Shown here: positions 50,896 through 61,240 of the stretch, piece after piece
Numbering within the stretch: the stretch's first letter is position 1
Layout: each line of letters opens with the position of its first letter
Origin: Trypanosoma brucei
Lineage: Eukaryota
DNA: 64,000 nt
Reading direction: 5' to 3'
NCBI GenBank assembly: GCA_000002445.1
Contig: CP000071.1
Location: 1,696,001 to 1,760,000 of the forward strand
Translations under genes and position numbers: made by a program
Notes under the pieces: generated by a model
Told to the model about the DNA's origin: nothing
Databases searched by the model: none
Seen by the model: the letters and a program-made list of their open reading frames with translations, nothing else

Positions 50896-51393
50896 ATGCC
50901 CCCAAAGGATAACAGAAAAGTTACAAAGACAGAAAACGATTTTGCGGAGGAGGATCAGCAAATAAATGATGAAATTGTGAGAGCCAAGTTGCGGTTGGCA
51001 GCACTGGAGGCCGTTCATGCGGATCGTTTGGAGGAAATTGCGATGCTTAAGCGATCGCGCGATGATCTCTTGTCTACCTTTGAAAAGTGTGAGGGTGACG
51101 CAAACGCAGCAACTGAGGATAGACTTGATATTTTGACTGATTTTACGCGTCAGTACAAGAACGACGAAAAGTTTAAGATTGAAATTGCTACTAGGATGGA
51201 TGCCACACTCAATCGCTTGGCAGAAGAGAAGTTGAAACTTGTCGAAGAACTAAAGAAGACGAAGACTGAGTTTGAAGAGGCTATTGCTCAGGTTAAGGCA
51301 GAGTGCGAGACCCTTTACTCCCGTATTGCTGACATGGAGAGAGAGTTCGATACGATAATGATGGAAACAAAATCTGGAGATTCGACCCAGTAG
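50896..51393 (+). CDS. small coiled-coil protein (165 aa), hypothetical
   Basis: I trimmed the ORF-track start at 50608 to the ATG at 50896 (MPPKDNRKVTKTE...). The upstream extension runs through a (TA)n microsatellite and polypyrimidine sequence, so it is likely non-coding. The remainder is a charged heptad-rich coiled coil. Confidence 0.45.
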   Translation: MPPKDNRKVTKTENDFAEEDQQINDEIVRAKLRLAALEAVHADRLEEIAMLKRSRDDLLSTFEKCEGDANAATEDRLDILTDFTRQYKNDEKFKIEIATRMDATLNRLAEEKLKLVEELKKTKTEFEEAIAQVKAECETLYSRIADMEREFDTIMMETKSGDSTQ

Positions 51394-52440
51394 TTTATTT
51401 GAAATACATTTGACGACAAGCGCCCTTGTGTCAAGTCAATTCTTTGGCGAAGTGGTCTTCATCCTTTTGCCCGCGGTTGACATATTCACGTTTTAACGTA
51501 AAACACTCACGACTATATTGCTGACGTTTACTCCGTCGGTTCGCTATTCCCAGCCGCATCGCGGAATATACAACATAAACAACAGCTGTGGTAGCTTCGA
51601 GGCATCACTGGATGCCAGTTCCTTTCTGGAGTGTTACTGCTGTTAATGGATAGCTTGGGGAGTCGTAAACCGAGGTAGTTACAAGTAGCTCGTCCGCTTC
51701 AGTGTGCTACTTTAAAATCTGTGGATGTATGATTTGAGAGACTGGGTGTGAAATAAGACGCTTAAGAGGAAGACACAACTTGTTTTCGTGTGGCTGTGGT
51801 GGGGTGATGCCTTGGCAATGTGGGAAGGAGAAGTGTGTGGAAAGACCGGGGGGGGGAAAGTGAGTGATCTCCTTAGACGTACCGCATGAGGCCTGAGTGT
51901 TAAGTGAAATGACCAGTCACCGTGATCCAATTTTCAGGTGAACGGCCAAATGGCAGCTGGCACTCGTTGGGTGATGGACTGGTGGCATGAACTTATACTT
52001 CCGTAGCGGCTCTGGTTACTGGCAGTATGTTTTACATGGGGGTAATTTGTTAGCAGTACGGATGCGTGCTGGTTCTGACGGTTTGTGTGCTATTCATTTA
52101 GTATTGTTGGATTGGTCCTATAACTTCCCGGATCCTTTTTGTGGGGCTATGGTATAGTGGGCTGAAGGAGGAAGGTTGCCTGTGACACTCGAGATTGAAG
52201 TTGCACAAAAAATAGGAGCGCTGAACATGCAACAGTTTAGTGAGTCGTAGAAAACGGATATTTTACTCGAGGTGCTTACTAGGTATTGATGTAACTCTGT
52301 ATTCAGTGCAACGACGATGCTAGTTAGTTGCTGGTTAGATTTTGGTGGTTTGTCGTCGCCGAACGTCTTGCTGGGTTTTATGCATTCTCAATACTAATTT
52401 TCTCCCAGAATTTGCTCTTATTGCTTGCTCCGGATCACCT

Positions 52441-52486
52441 TCTTTTCTACGCATCAGTGCTTTTCTTTGCTTTTTTAAACGGAGGG
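52441..52486 (+). promoter_or_regulatory. polypyrimidine tract upstream of the cullin gene
   Basis: tcttttctacgcatcagtgcttttctttgcttttttaaacggag lies immediately before the ATG at 52496. The ORF-track N-terminal extension is a translation of this tract. Confidence 0.45.
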
Positions 52487-52495
52487 CTTTCTGCT

Positions 52496-54724
52496 ATGCT
52501 TGAGGAAGACCTTGAGGCCATACGGCGTATGAAAGCCGATTTTGAGGCGATCGGCGAATTGACCGACAACGAGTTCAGGTCCGACACAACTATCAGTAAG
52601 CGTATGAATCACTACAGCACTGTATACAATGCTGCCACGAGGATTACAGGTTATGATGACCCCCGTGACCCGATGGGTTCAGGTGCGGAGGAGCTCCTGT
52701 ACGTAGACTTTCAGGAGATGCTTACCCGTTACTTATTAAAACACTCCAACTTATCCGCCCCCTCAGAAATGGAGTTATTCGCCAGGATCCTAAAGGTGTG
52801 GGAGCGCTACAAAGTAATGATGAAGTGGAACGTGAATGCTTTCGCGTATCTCTCAAGGTTTTATATCGTCAACTTCTCTAAGCCTCCCCTTCGGCAGGTT
52901 GCTTTGAGGATATTTCATGAGCAAGTATTGAAGAAGTATGTGCCAACGGTAGTTCGGGTGACCCATGAACTGCTTACTGCTGAACGAAAAGGCGAGGGTG
53001 TAAACCGTGAGGACGTTCGTGAGGCTATAGAATTGCTTTCTTCAGTAACCGTTGAGCAACGCCAGGAAATATACAATGAACAGTTTTTGAAGCAGTACCT
53101 AGAACTGACAAAGGACTACTATGTTGCGCTAGTGGCGGAGTGGGGCGAATCAAGCTCCCACACGGAACTCCTGCGGCAAATTGAAGGAGCATACAACGAC
53201 GAAGATGTGAGATGTTCCTATTATTTCCCCCCGGAGGATAAGCGTGCCGTTATGGTTCAGGTGGAGGAGGTATTGTTGGATTCTAGCGTTGTGCTGGACA
53301 AATTACTGAAGTCAAAAGACGGTTTCATCGCCAAGCTAAAGAGCCGTGAGAAGAACCTTCTCAAACTCTACTACAATTTGTTGTCTAGACGTCAAAAGGC
53401 ACTTGCGTGTCTAGCAGACTTGACGAGGGATGGGATAACCGCCGAAGGCAGCGAGAAACTTAGACAATATGATAATAAGGAGAGAGATATCGACTTCAAA
53501 TCGTGCGTTGTAGACATAATGAAACTTCAGGATGAGTTCCTGACGTTGTCATCAGAATGTTTTGACGGTGACACAGCAATGCTAAAGGCTGTGAAGGAGG
53601 GCATAGAGCGGGTGTACGCTGATGGTGTTCGCCTAACGGAGACAGTGAAGCGTTTTGTGCCTATGAGCGAGCTACTGGCGCACTATGCTGACTCCATTAT
53701 TCAAGGAAGCGGGTGCTCCTCTTCACAGGAGGAGGAGTTGGATAGGGTTATTGCTGCCCTTTCGTATGTGACCGACCGTGACACTTTCCTTGCACATTCA
53801 CGTGATTTGCTCGCCCAGAGGATATTGTCCCCGAAAAAGAAGTTTGATGACAATATTGAGCGCTCATTTGCGCATCGGATTAGTCATTGCTGTGGTGTGT
53901 CTAGCACGTGCTATCTTGAGGGAATGCTTCACGACGTGGACGTTGCTGAGGGATTTAGGGCTGCAGATAAGCTTGAGGCGATGGGCGTGAAGCTTCCCTT
54001 CGCCTTCGATGCGTTGGTGCTCAAGAAAGGGATTTGGCCACCACGGATCCACAGTGAAAATTTCACACCTCCCCCTATCATTTCCGAGGCTTTACATTCC
54101 TTCGAGGCGGCCTACCTTCAAGGCACTAGGGGGCGTGTGCTCACCTGGTCCTATTCTAACAGCAGTGGAGATGTACATGCTGCGTTCAAGAAGGGTCCAA
54201 AGACGCTGGTTATGCCCGGCTTGCAGTGTTGGGTGCTTTTAGCATTTAACGGCGCCAACCAACTAACGGTCGACGATGTGGTAGGGCGCTTTGGAATGAC
54301 ATTCGACGATGCGAAGCCTGTGCTACTCTCCTTGGTGAAGGCATCCATCCTGATTAGGGAGTCGAACTTTCCAACTGTTTCCTTGCATGACATATTCATC
54401 GTGAACGATAATTTTACTAGTAAACTAAAGAAGATGAAGATAGCAATGGGGAGGGACCAAAATATTGTTGCTGCCCAGAGTGAAGAGGTTGCACGGGAGG
54501 TCGAGGAGGACAGGAAGCCCGCTATAGACGCCTGCTTGGTTCGCATTATGAAGAGCCGTCGCGTCCTTGAGCATTCGATGCTCGTGGAGGAATGTAAGGA
54601 AAGACTGCTTCCAACGTTTTCCGCCGATCCTAAGTTGGTTAAGCAACGAATAGAGGAACTAATTCGTAAGGAGTTTATCGAACGTGATGCGAACACACCC
54701 GGGTTGTACAGGTATGCCGCCTGA
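52496..54724 (+). CDS. cullin family protein (cullin-homology domain plus C-terminal neddylation/winged-helix region)
   Basis: I trimmed the TTG start at 52328 to the ATG at 52496 (MLEEDLEAIRR...). The C-terminus has the cullin signature around the neddylation lysine (IDACLVRIMKSRRVLEHSMLVEEC) and a cullin-homology domain (LTWSYSNSSGDV...VLLAFN). A polypyrimidine tract lies at 52441-52486. Confidence 0.85.
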   Translation: MLEEDLEAIRRMKADFEAIGELTDNEFRSDTTISKRMNHYSTVYNAATRITGYDDPRDPMGSGAEELLYVDFQEMLTRYLLKHSNLSAPSEMELFARILKVWERYKVMMKWNVNAFAYLSRFYIVNFSKPPLRQVALRIFHEQVLKKYVPTVVRVTHELLTAERKGEGVNREDVREAIELLSSVTVEQRQEIYNEQFLKQYLELTKDYYVALVAEWGESSSHTELLRQIEGAYNDEDVRCSYYFPPEDKRAVMVQVEEVLLDSSVVLDKLLKSKDGFIAKLKSREKNLLKLYYNLLSRRQKALACLADLTRDGITAEGSEKLRQYDNKERDIDFKSCVVDIMKLQDEFLTLSSECFDGDTAMLKAVKEGIERVYADGVRLTETVKRFVPMSELLAHYADSIIQGSGCSSSQEEELDRVIAALSYVTDRDTFLAHSRDLLAQRILSPKKKFDDNIERSFAHRISHCCGVSSTCYLEGMLHDVDVAEGFRAADKLEAMGVKLPFAFDALVLKKGIWPPRIHSENFTPPPIISEALHSFEAAYLQGTRGRVLTWSYSNSSGDVHAAFKKGPKTLVMPGLQCWVLLAFNGANQLTVDDVVGRFGMTFDDAKPVLLSLVKASILIRESNFPTVSLHDIFIVNDNFTSKLKKMKIAMGRDQNIVAAQSEEVAREVEEDRKPAIDACLVRIMKSRRVLEHSMLVEECKERLLPTFSADPKLVKQRIEELIRKEFIERDANTPGLYRYAA

Positions 54725-55037
54725 TGTACGCCAGAGTCATTGCACAGTTCCTTCGAGACATATATTTAAATGACAGGCGGAAGAGCTCACGTGTGGTGCG
54801 AGATGTTGTGGAACGAAGGGGGACGGTCATAAACACGGACACCTCACATTTGTTTTACGGGCGAAGAGTCAAAATACATAATTGTCCGTGTGTGTGATTA
54901 ACTCATTTGTCGTTGCGCTACTGGTGCACCCTCCCAACCATTCGGCGGCTTACATCTCCTTTCCCTTCCTTTTTCCCCCCTCTTCTACAATGATCGTTGT
55001 CGTTGCTGTTACTAAACACTGCACTTCGCCAGCCGGA

Positions 55038-57449
55038 ATGAAGTTGTTCATTGAAGACGTGCCGGTGTTGTTCCCCTACGAATACATATACCCTGAGCAA
55101 CTGGAATATATGACGGAGCTCAAGAAAGGTTTAGATCAGGGGGGGCATATGGTTCTTGAGATGCCCTCAGGAACTGGTAAAACGACTACACTGTTGTCGT
55201 TACTGATAGCTTATCTGCACCACCACGCGGACGAGAAGCGAAAGGTTGTCTATTGCACCCGAACTGTCGGAGAGGTGGACAAAACTGCGAGCGAACTTCG
55301 AAAAATTCTGGGTTTATGGGAAACTGAGGAAGTAGGGAGCCGGCCACTGCGCGGGGTTTGCCTAACCGCAAAGAAGAACCTTTGCATCGAACCTAGTGTT
55401 GTTTCTAGGAGACATTTAGATGATGTGGATGCCGGGTGCCGCAGCCTTACTGCGCCGTGGCAGACTGACCAGCGTTGTGTGTACTTTGACACCCTTGAAA
55501 ATCAAGGCTTTGATCTCCGCCCGGGGGCGTATTCCCTGAGCGACCTGAAGCGACTGGGCGAAGAGAATCATGTGTGCCCTTATTACTTGGCTAGGAAGGC
55601 GCTAAAGGTTGCGGATATTGTGATTCACTCGTTCCTCTACATTGTAGACCCGATCGTGGCCGAGGTGACGAAAGAGTATATGGATGAGAATACCATTGTT
55701 GTGATGGACGAGGCGCACAACGTGGATGATGTTTGCATTGAGGCAATGTCCCTTATTGTCACAAAAGATGATGCGTTTCAGGCCAAAGATAATGTGAAGA
55801 AGCTTAATGAGGCTGTCGATCGTATGAAGGCTACAAATCGGCAAAAATTACAGGAAGAGTATGACAGGCTTGTGAATGGCCTGGCGATGGCCGAACTAGC
55901 ACGCTCCGGAGAGTCCACCGCCGGCGTGTCTGTCCAAGCCCTAAACATACCTCAAGATATTGCTGAGGAGGCGATTCCAGGGAGTCTACGCCAAGCAAAT
56001 CACTTCTTGGCGTTTATGCAGCGACTAGTTGATTTCACTCATCGTGTAGTGTGCCGGATATCCCGGACATATGTTGCCGATCCACTTACCTTTTTAACAA
56101 AAGTGAAGGAGGAGTGTTCTGTAGATGTTCGCCATCTGAGATACCTAACAGAGCGTCTGAAGGTGCTACTGAATACTCTCCAGATAACGAGCGCTCACAG
56201 TTTTCACAATGTCTCGTTAATTGCGCAGATGTTCATGACACTTTCCACCCACTATACCGACGATCGGTACGAGAAACCTGGGTTTGTTGTTGTATGTGAG
56301 GCGAGTGATCCAACAAGGCCCACCATCCCGGACCCCGTTATTCGTTTAGTTTGTGTGGATGCTTCTCTAGCGTTGCGGGAAGTATTCGCCAAATACAGGA
56401 GTGTGATACTAACGTCCGGTACTCTTTCTCCACTGGACATTTATCCGAAGATGCTTGGTTTCTCACCTGTGATCGCAAAGTCATTCCAGATGACTTTGAG
56501 TAGGAAGTGCATTGCCCCTGTGGTGGTGACGAGGAGCAGTGAGAGTGTTAACATTACCGCAGAAGAGGTAACAAGCAGTTTCGTCGTTCGTAAGAATCCG
56601 GAGGCTCAGGCAACCGTATCGGCTGCCTACGAGGACCTCTTACGCGGTCTGGCCAAAACAGTACCAGACGGTATTGTTTGTTTCTTCACTGGTTATCAGT
56701 ACATGAGCGAGGTGCTTCTTGGGTGGCACCGATCCGGGTTTTTGAAGGAACTCTCGCGGCACAAACTCATATTTGTTGAAACGCAATCCGTTGACGACAC
56801 GGCGACAGCACTGGAAAGCTATCGGCGGGCATGTGATATCGGACGTGGGGCAATCTTTATGTCTATTGCACGAGGGAAGATTGCTGAGGGAATTGACTTT
56901 GACAGTCACTATGGGCGAGCGGTCGTGATGTTTGGTGTTCCCTTTCTTCCCCCAATCGATGAGCCGTTGCGACAGCGGATACACTGGATGGAGATTTGCT
57001 TAGGTATCCCTGGCAGTGAGTATCGTAATTTCGACGCCATGAGGCAGGCGTCACAATGCATTGGGCGTGTGCTGCGTAATAAGACAGACTACGGTATGAT
57101 GTTACTCGTTGACCGGCGATTTGCTTTGAACGACAAACGCAAGAAATTGCCAATATGGATTCAACAGTGTCTGAAGGAGAACACAAATCTTAGTGTCGAC
57201 GCGGCGGTCGCAGTTGCCAGGGGTTTCTTCAAAGAAATGGCCCAACCTTGGGAGTACAAACGGGACCTTGGCACCACCTTGTTTTCTGTAGAGACCCTCG
57301 CTCGTAAGGGCTTCCTTAAGCCGTCAAAAAGTTCGGTGAGTCGGAAGACTGTGGATGAGAGCCGAGCAACCACTACAGTGCCTCCTCCGGCAGAAGAGAT
57401 CATTCGCCCGGTGAGAGAGCCTGACTACAGAAAGCGGTCCCGAGAGTGA
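55038..57449 (+). CDS. XPD: XPD/ERCC2 (Rad3) TFIIH 5'-3' DNA helicase with an Fe-S domain
   Basis: It begins MKLFIEDVPVLFPYEYIYPEQLEYM, the canonical XPD start. It has Walker A (EMPSGTGKTTTLL), DEAH (VVMDEAHNVDD), the Fe-S cysteines (C-x-N...CPYY) and helicase motifs V and VI (GVPF, QCIGRVLR). I trimmed the TTG start at 54882. Confidence 0.92.
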   Translation: MKLFIEDVPVLFPYEYIYPEQLEYMTELKKGLDQGGHMVLEMPSGTGKTTTLLSLLIAYLHHHADEKRKVVYCTRTVGEVDKTASELRKILGLWETEEVGSRPLRGVCLTAKKNLCIEPSVVSRRHLDDVDAGCRSLTAPWQTDQRCVYFDTLENQGFDLRPGAYSLSDLKRLGEENHVCPYYLARKALKVADIVIHSFLYIVDPIVAEVTKEYMDENTIVVMDEAHNVDDVCIEAMSLIVTKDDAFQAKDNVKKLNEAVDRMKATNRQKLQEEYDRLVNGLAMAELARSGESTAGVSVQALNIPQDIAEEAIPGSLRQANHFLAFMQRLVDFTHRVVCRISRTYVADPLTFLTKVKEECSVDVRHLRYLTERLKVLLNTLQITSAHSFHNVSLIAQMFMTLSTHYTDDRYEKPGFVVVCEASDPTRPTIPDPVIRLVCVDASLALREVFAKYRSVILTSGTLSPLDIYPKMLGFSPVIAKSFQMTLSRKCIAPVVVTRSSESVNITAEEVTSSFVVRKNPEAQATVSAAYEDLLRGLAKTVPDGIVCFFTGYQYMSEVLLGWHRSGFLKELSRHKLIFVETQSVDDTATALESYRRACDIGRGAIFMSIARGKIAEGIDFDSHYGRAVVMFGVPFLPPIDEPLRQRIHWMEICLGIPGSEYRNFDAMRQASQCIGRVLRNKTDYGMMLLVDRRFALNDKRKKLPIWIQQCLKENTNLSVDAAVAVARGFFKEMAQPWEYKRDLGTTLFSVETLARKGFLKPSKSSVSRKTVDESRATTTVPPPAEEIIRPVREPDYRKRSRE

Positions 57450-57894
57450 TCTGATCTATTTCTTCCTATCGTCTTCTGTCTGTGTTGCGGGAGTGAAGGA
57501 GTTGTAGCCGGTAGTTTTTGTGTTGGCGGCAGGAACTGTTACGAGGGCAAGCAGGAACGTGTCTGTAACCCTCATGTGTGCATCGACATTGGGCTCTCGC
57601 GCATCGGTTCAGGGAATGTAGAGTGTCGACATATATTCCACTTTCGAGGCCGGTGAATGTGTACCTCTTTTTCACTACATGAGGGTGATAGAGATGCAGT
57701 AAAACCGATTTTTGCCCATATTGGATGGGTTTTTGTCAACTCCCCACCCCCAACGCAGTATACATTGGCATACATGCAGGTATGTGGCTTGCCTTCTACG
57801 CCTTTCGCTGTTGTTATTATTATTATTCCCTTCACAAAACAACAGGAGTGTAAACGTTTTCCCTACTACTTGCGTGTATGTGGAGACACACGTG

Positions 57895-57943
57895 CATTTT
57901 TTTTTCGGCATTTCCTTGCTTCGTTTTTCCTTTTACCTAGCAG
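57895..57943 (+). promoter_or_regulatory. polypyrimidine tract plus AG acceptor upstream of the Notchless gene
   Basis: tttttttcggcatttccttgcttcgtttttccttttacctagcag lies about 55 nt before the ATG at 57999. Confidence 0.5.
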
Positions 57944-57998
57944 AAACACTTTTGCATCGTACACCAACCCCGACTGTGTACCGCGCTGGAGTGTATCA

Positions 57999-59573
57999 AT
58001 GCCAGTCCGAAAGAAGCAACGGCGCGAAGTGGTCGTGGCAGACGCCGATGCTGGTGACTCTGGTGATGAGGACCAAAAGAGGAATGCAGTCGTTATGACG
58101 CGCCTTGTTAGTGAAACTGGGGAACCGGTGGGAACGCAAATCCTCTTGCCAGTTAACGCGACACCAAAGCAGCTGGACGACCTGCTCAACAGCATGATAG
58201 GAAAAGAAGCAGAGGGAACGCCCTATGCGTTTTTTATAGGAGGTGAGCAAGTTAACGATAGTGTCCGGGATACGCTCTTCCAGAAGCAGCGGGATGATTA
58301 TGTTGATACCATGTTGAAGGAGGGAAGGCGCGTGAGACCACAAGACGTGGAAAAACTGACTTTTGAGTTGCCAGAAGAAGCTGTTGTTGAAATTCAGTTT
58401 AAACCGCAAGCGAAGTTTAAGGTGCGGCCTGTGACACGTTGTTCGGGGAAACTTGACGGCCACAGTGAGGCTGTGCTTATTGTGAGCTTCTCGCCCGATG
58501 GTGAGCTCCTCGCCACGGGTGGTGGTGACAAAGAAATACGGCTTTGGGATGTGCATACACTGACCCCAACAGAGGAACTCAAGGGACATACCAGTTGGGT
58601 TCAGGTGTTGTCGTGGTCCCCAGACGGGAAGTACCTCGCGAGTGGGAGTAAAGATGGTTCTCTCATTGTTTGGTCAGGTAATGGGGAAAGTGGCAAATAC
58701 AAGGGAGCTCGTCACAAGGCGCACTCAGCTTATCTGACCCATGTATCGTGGGAGCCTCTGCATGTGAACTCCTCGTGCAATCGGTTTGTGTCCGCTAGCA
58801 AAGATACGACCCTTAAGGTCTGGCATACCGTGACTGGTCTTCAGTTTTCTCTTTCGGGGCACCAGGCGGGTGTGACTTGTGTGAAGTGGGGTGGGGAGGG
58901 AAGAATTTATTCATCTTCCCAAGACCGTACCATAATTATTTGGGACTCAAGTAACGGCGCCCCCCGCAGCGTGCTTCGTGGACACGCACACTGGGTGAAC
59001 TTCATTGCATTAAGCACAGACCTCGTCATTAGGACTGGTGCCTTCGACCATGAGTGCCGGAAGTTCGATACCCGTGAGGAGATGCAGCAGTACGCAACAG
59101 CGCGCTACCAGGACGTGTTGGCACGACTTGATGGCCGCGAGCGACTTGTTAGTTGTTCTGATGACAATACCATGTTCCTGTGGTCTCCTCAGCGGCAGGT
59201 TACGCCACTCGGGCGAATGACCGGCCATCAGGGTGCCATTTTCCACATCCAGTTCAGCCCCGATGGTACCATGATCGCATCTAGTTCAGCCGACAAGAGC
59301 GTGAAACTGTGGAACGCTTCAGACGGGAAGTTCATCACGACATTTAGGGGACACGTGGCGGCTGTGTATCATGTCAGCTGGAGTCTGGATTCTAGGCTTC
59401 TAGTCTCGGGGAGTAGAGACTCCACGCTGAAACTGTGGTCAGTATCCAAACGCGAGCTTGTTGAAGATCTCTCGGGACATAGCGATGAGATTTTTTCCAC
59501 TGACTGGAGTCCCGACGGCCAGCGGGTCGCCACTGGTTCCAAGGACAAGAAAGTTCTAATTTGGGTCCACTAA
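57999..59573 (+). CDS. NLE1: Notchless/Rsa4-like ribosome-biogenesis WD40 protein (N-terminal Nle domain plus 8 WD repeats)
   Basis: I trimmed the start to the ATG at 57999 (MPVRKKQRR...). The Nle/UBL-like domain (VVMTRLVSETGEPVGTQILLPVNATPKQLDDLLNSMIG...YAFFIGGEQV) is followed by canonical WD repeats (GH-x-WD). A polypyrimidine tract with AG lies at 57895-57943. Confidence 0.9.
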   Translation: MPVRKKQRREVVVADADAGDSGDEDQKRNAVVMTRLVSETGEPVGTQILLPVNATPKQLDDLLNSMIGKEAEGTPYAFFIGGEQVNDSVRDTLFQKQRDDYVDTMLKEGRRVRPQDVEKLTFELPEEAVVEIQFKPQAKFKVRPVTRCSGKLDGHSEAVLIVSFSPDGELLATGGGDKEIRLWDVHTLTPTEELKGHTSWVQVLSWSPDGKYLASGSKDGSLIVWSGNGESGKYKGARHKAHSAYLTHVSWEPLHVNSSCNRFVSASKDTTLKVWHTVTGLQFSLSGHQAGVTCVKWGGEGRIYSSSQDRTIIIWDSSNGAPRSVLRGHAHWVNFIALSTDLVIRTGAFDHECRKFDTREEMQQYATARYQDVLARLDGRERLVSCSDDNTMFLWSPQRQVTPLGRMTGHQGAIFHIQFSPDGTMIASSSADKSVKLWNASDGKFITTFRGHVAAVYHVSWSLDSRLLVSGSRDSTLKLWSVSKRELVEDLSGHSDEIFSTDWSPDGQRVATGSKDKKVLIWVH

Positions 59574-59740
59574 AAAGTTTAATTTCCCGCTGCGAACCTT
59601 TAAAAAAAAATAATGCCGGTAAAATAATAGTTAGCACGATAAGGTGGAGGGGAGAGAAGTGAATGGTAAATAGGAGGGCAGTGTTCTCCTTGCCGTGTGC
59701 GATGCACGACTGCGTTTAAGTATATACTTCAGCTGCTCTC

Positions 59741-59812
59741 TTGGTATCTCGATGTGCTTCACATTTTTCCACCTTTGAACGCAACTCCACTTTCCCCCAT
59801 TTCAAATTATTA
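59741..59812 (+). promoter_or_regulatory. polypyrimidine-rich region upstream of the desaturase gene
   Basis: gctgctctcttggtatctcgatgtgcttcacatttttccacctttgaacgcaactccactttcccccatttcaaatt lies about 130 nt before the ATG at 59945. Confidence 0.35.
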
Positions 59813-59944
59813 GTTACATCGCTGCAAGTGTGGGTTGGTCTCGCAGTCAGTCTGTGGGGGAATATACGAAAAGTAGAGAAGGGGAGTTTTACTTACTTTT
59901 ACTGTCAAAGTGAAGGCGCATAATTAACAGTAGTAAGGATAAAG

Positions 59945-61240
59945 ATGAGCGAAGCAATGGAAAGCAAGGTCTGTGACGCGCCGGCCGTGAAGAAAACTGA
60001 ATATGACATTCCACAGTGGTCAAAGGGAAACTATGAAATTAACTGGGTTGCCGTTGCTGTGCTGGCCCTCCCGCCACTTATGGGCATAGGGGCCTTGATG
60101 GCGGGTGTCCCGCTGCAGACTAACACGCTTATTGTGGGTGTTTTGTTCTACATATTTAATGGTATGATCGGTATTACCGTAGGGTACCACCGCCTTTTTT
60201 CCCACAGGAGTTTTACTGCGCATCCCATCCTCCAGTGGATTTGTGCTTTTGCCGGTGCGGGCGCTTTCGAAGGTTCAGCCAAGTGGTGGTGCCGCAATCA
60301 CCGCATTCATCACCGGTATGTTGACACTTTCAAGGACCCCTATGATGCGACTCGTGGCTTCTTCTTCTCGCACATTGGGTGGATGATCATGAAGCAGAAT
60401 TATGCAATACCGGCCAGGGTTGACGTTAGCGATTTCAAGTACAACAACATCATCCAGTTTCAGCACCGACATTTCTTCAAGATGGCCATTGCGTCTGGCA
60501 TAATTCTCCCGACGCTTGTCTGTGGCCTTGGGTGGGGTGACTGGCTTGGCGGTTACTTCTACGCAGCTATCCTGAAGATTGTATTCGTACATCACTGCAC
60601 CTTCTTCATCAACAGTCTCGCTCACACGGACCTCTTTGGTGCCGTACAAACGTATTCGGACCGCCACACACCGCACGACTCTGTGGTTTGCGCTCTCCTC
60701 ACCTTCGGCGAGGGGTATCACAACTTTCACCACGAATTCAGCCAAGATTACCGCAACGGTATTAAGTGGTATCACTACGATCCAACAAAGTGGGTCATTC
60801 GACTGTGTGAGTTCGTGGGCCTGGCGAGTCGACTTGTGCGCACTCCGAACGATATAATTAAACTGAACGTGAACAAGTTGAAGTACAAGCGACTCCTGAA
60901 GCAGGCTGCCATCTTGGAGAGGGAAATGGACGAGTGTGAACCGGCTGAGACGAAGATGTACACATGGGAAGATATTCATAGTTTGGTAGAGAAGGGAAGG
61001 AAATTGATAGTGGTTAGTAACAGGGTTATTGATCTCGACAAACCACTCAACACTGGCACAAGCTATACTCACGACAACGAAACGTTCCAATGGTATGAGG
61101 TTCACCCTGGTGGAAGGCAGGTGCTTGACCTCTATATTGGTAAAGACGCCACGAAGGAGTTTGGTAGCGGAATGCATAAGCACTCGGCAGGTGCAGAGAG
61201 CCTTCTCCATCACCTACAAGTGGGCTACTTGAATGAGTGA
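59945..61240 (+). CDS. acyl-CoA delta-9 (stearoyl-CoA) desaturase fused to a C-terminal cytochrome b5 domain
   Basis: It has the three desaturase His boxes (HRLFSHRS, HRIHHRYVDT, HNFHHEF), multiple TM helices, and a C-terminal cyt-b5 heme motif (HPGG) in ...FQWYEVHPGGRQVLDLYIGKDATKEF. The ATG is at 59945. Confidence 0.9.
   Translation: MSEAMESKVCDAPAVKKTEYDIPQWSKGNYEINWVAVAVLALPPLMGIGALMAGVPLQTNTLIVGVLFYIFNGMIGITVGYHRLFSHRSFTAHPILQWICAFAGAGAFEGSAKWWCRNHRIHHRYVDTFKDPYDATRGFFFSHIGWMIMKQNYAIPARVDVSDFKYNNIIQFQHRHFFKMAIASGIILPTLVCGLGWGDWLGGYFYAAILKIVFVHHCTFFINSLAHTDLFGAVQTYSDRHTPHDSVVCALLTFGEGYHNFHHEFSQDYRNGIKWYHYDPTKWVIRLCEFVGLASRLVRTPNDIIKLNVNKLKYKRLLKQAAILEREMDECEPAETKMYTWEDIHSLVEKGRKLIVVSNRVIDLDKPLNTGTSYTHDNETFQWYEVHPGGRQVLDLYIGKDATKEFGSGMHKHSAGAESLLHHLQVGYLNE

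Noticed and set aside
52328-52495. N-terminal hydrophobic extensions of ORF-track ORFs (cullin, MAPKK, XPD, Notchless, mitochondrial carrier, the 50608 ORF and others)
   Set aside because: These extensions begin at TTG or GTG codons and translate the polypyrimidine/splice-acceptor region into F/L/S-rich pseudo-peptides. The conserved protein N-termini (for example XPD MKLFIEDVPVLFPYEY) begin at the first downstream ATG, so I trimmed the starts.
60275-61213. 312-aa ORF on the - strand antisense to the desaturase gene
   Set aside because: It overlaps a strongly supported + strand CDS almost completely, has no recognisable motifs and no ATG context. Long antisense ORFs arise by chance opposite GC-balanced coding sequence. 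Similar spurious antisense ORFs lie opposite the cullin gene (54151-54696), the NHL gene (18165-18803), the PRL gene (11724-12320) and several places in the giant gene (for example 24790-25434 and 31195-31794).
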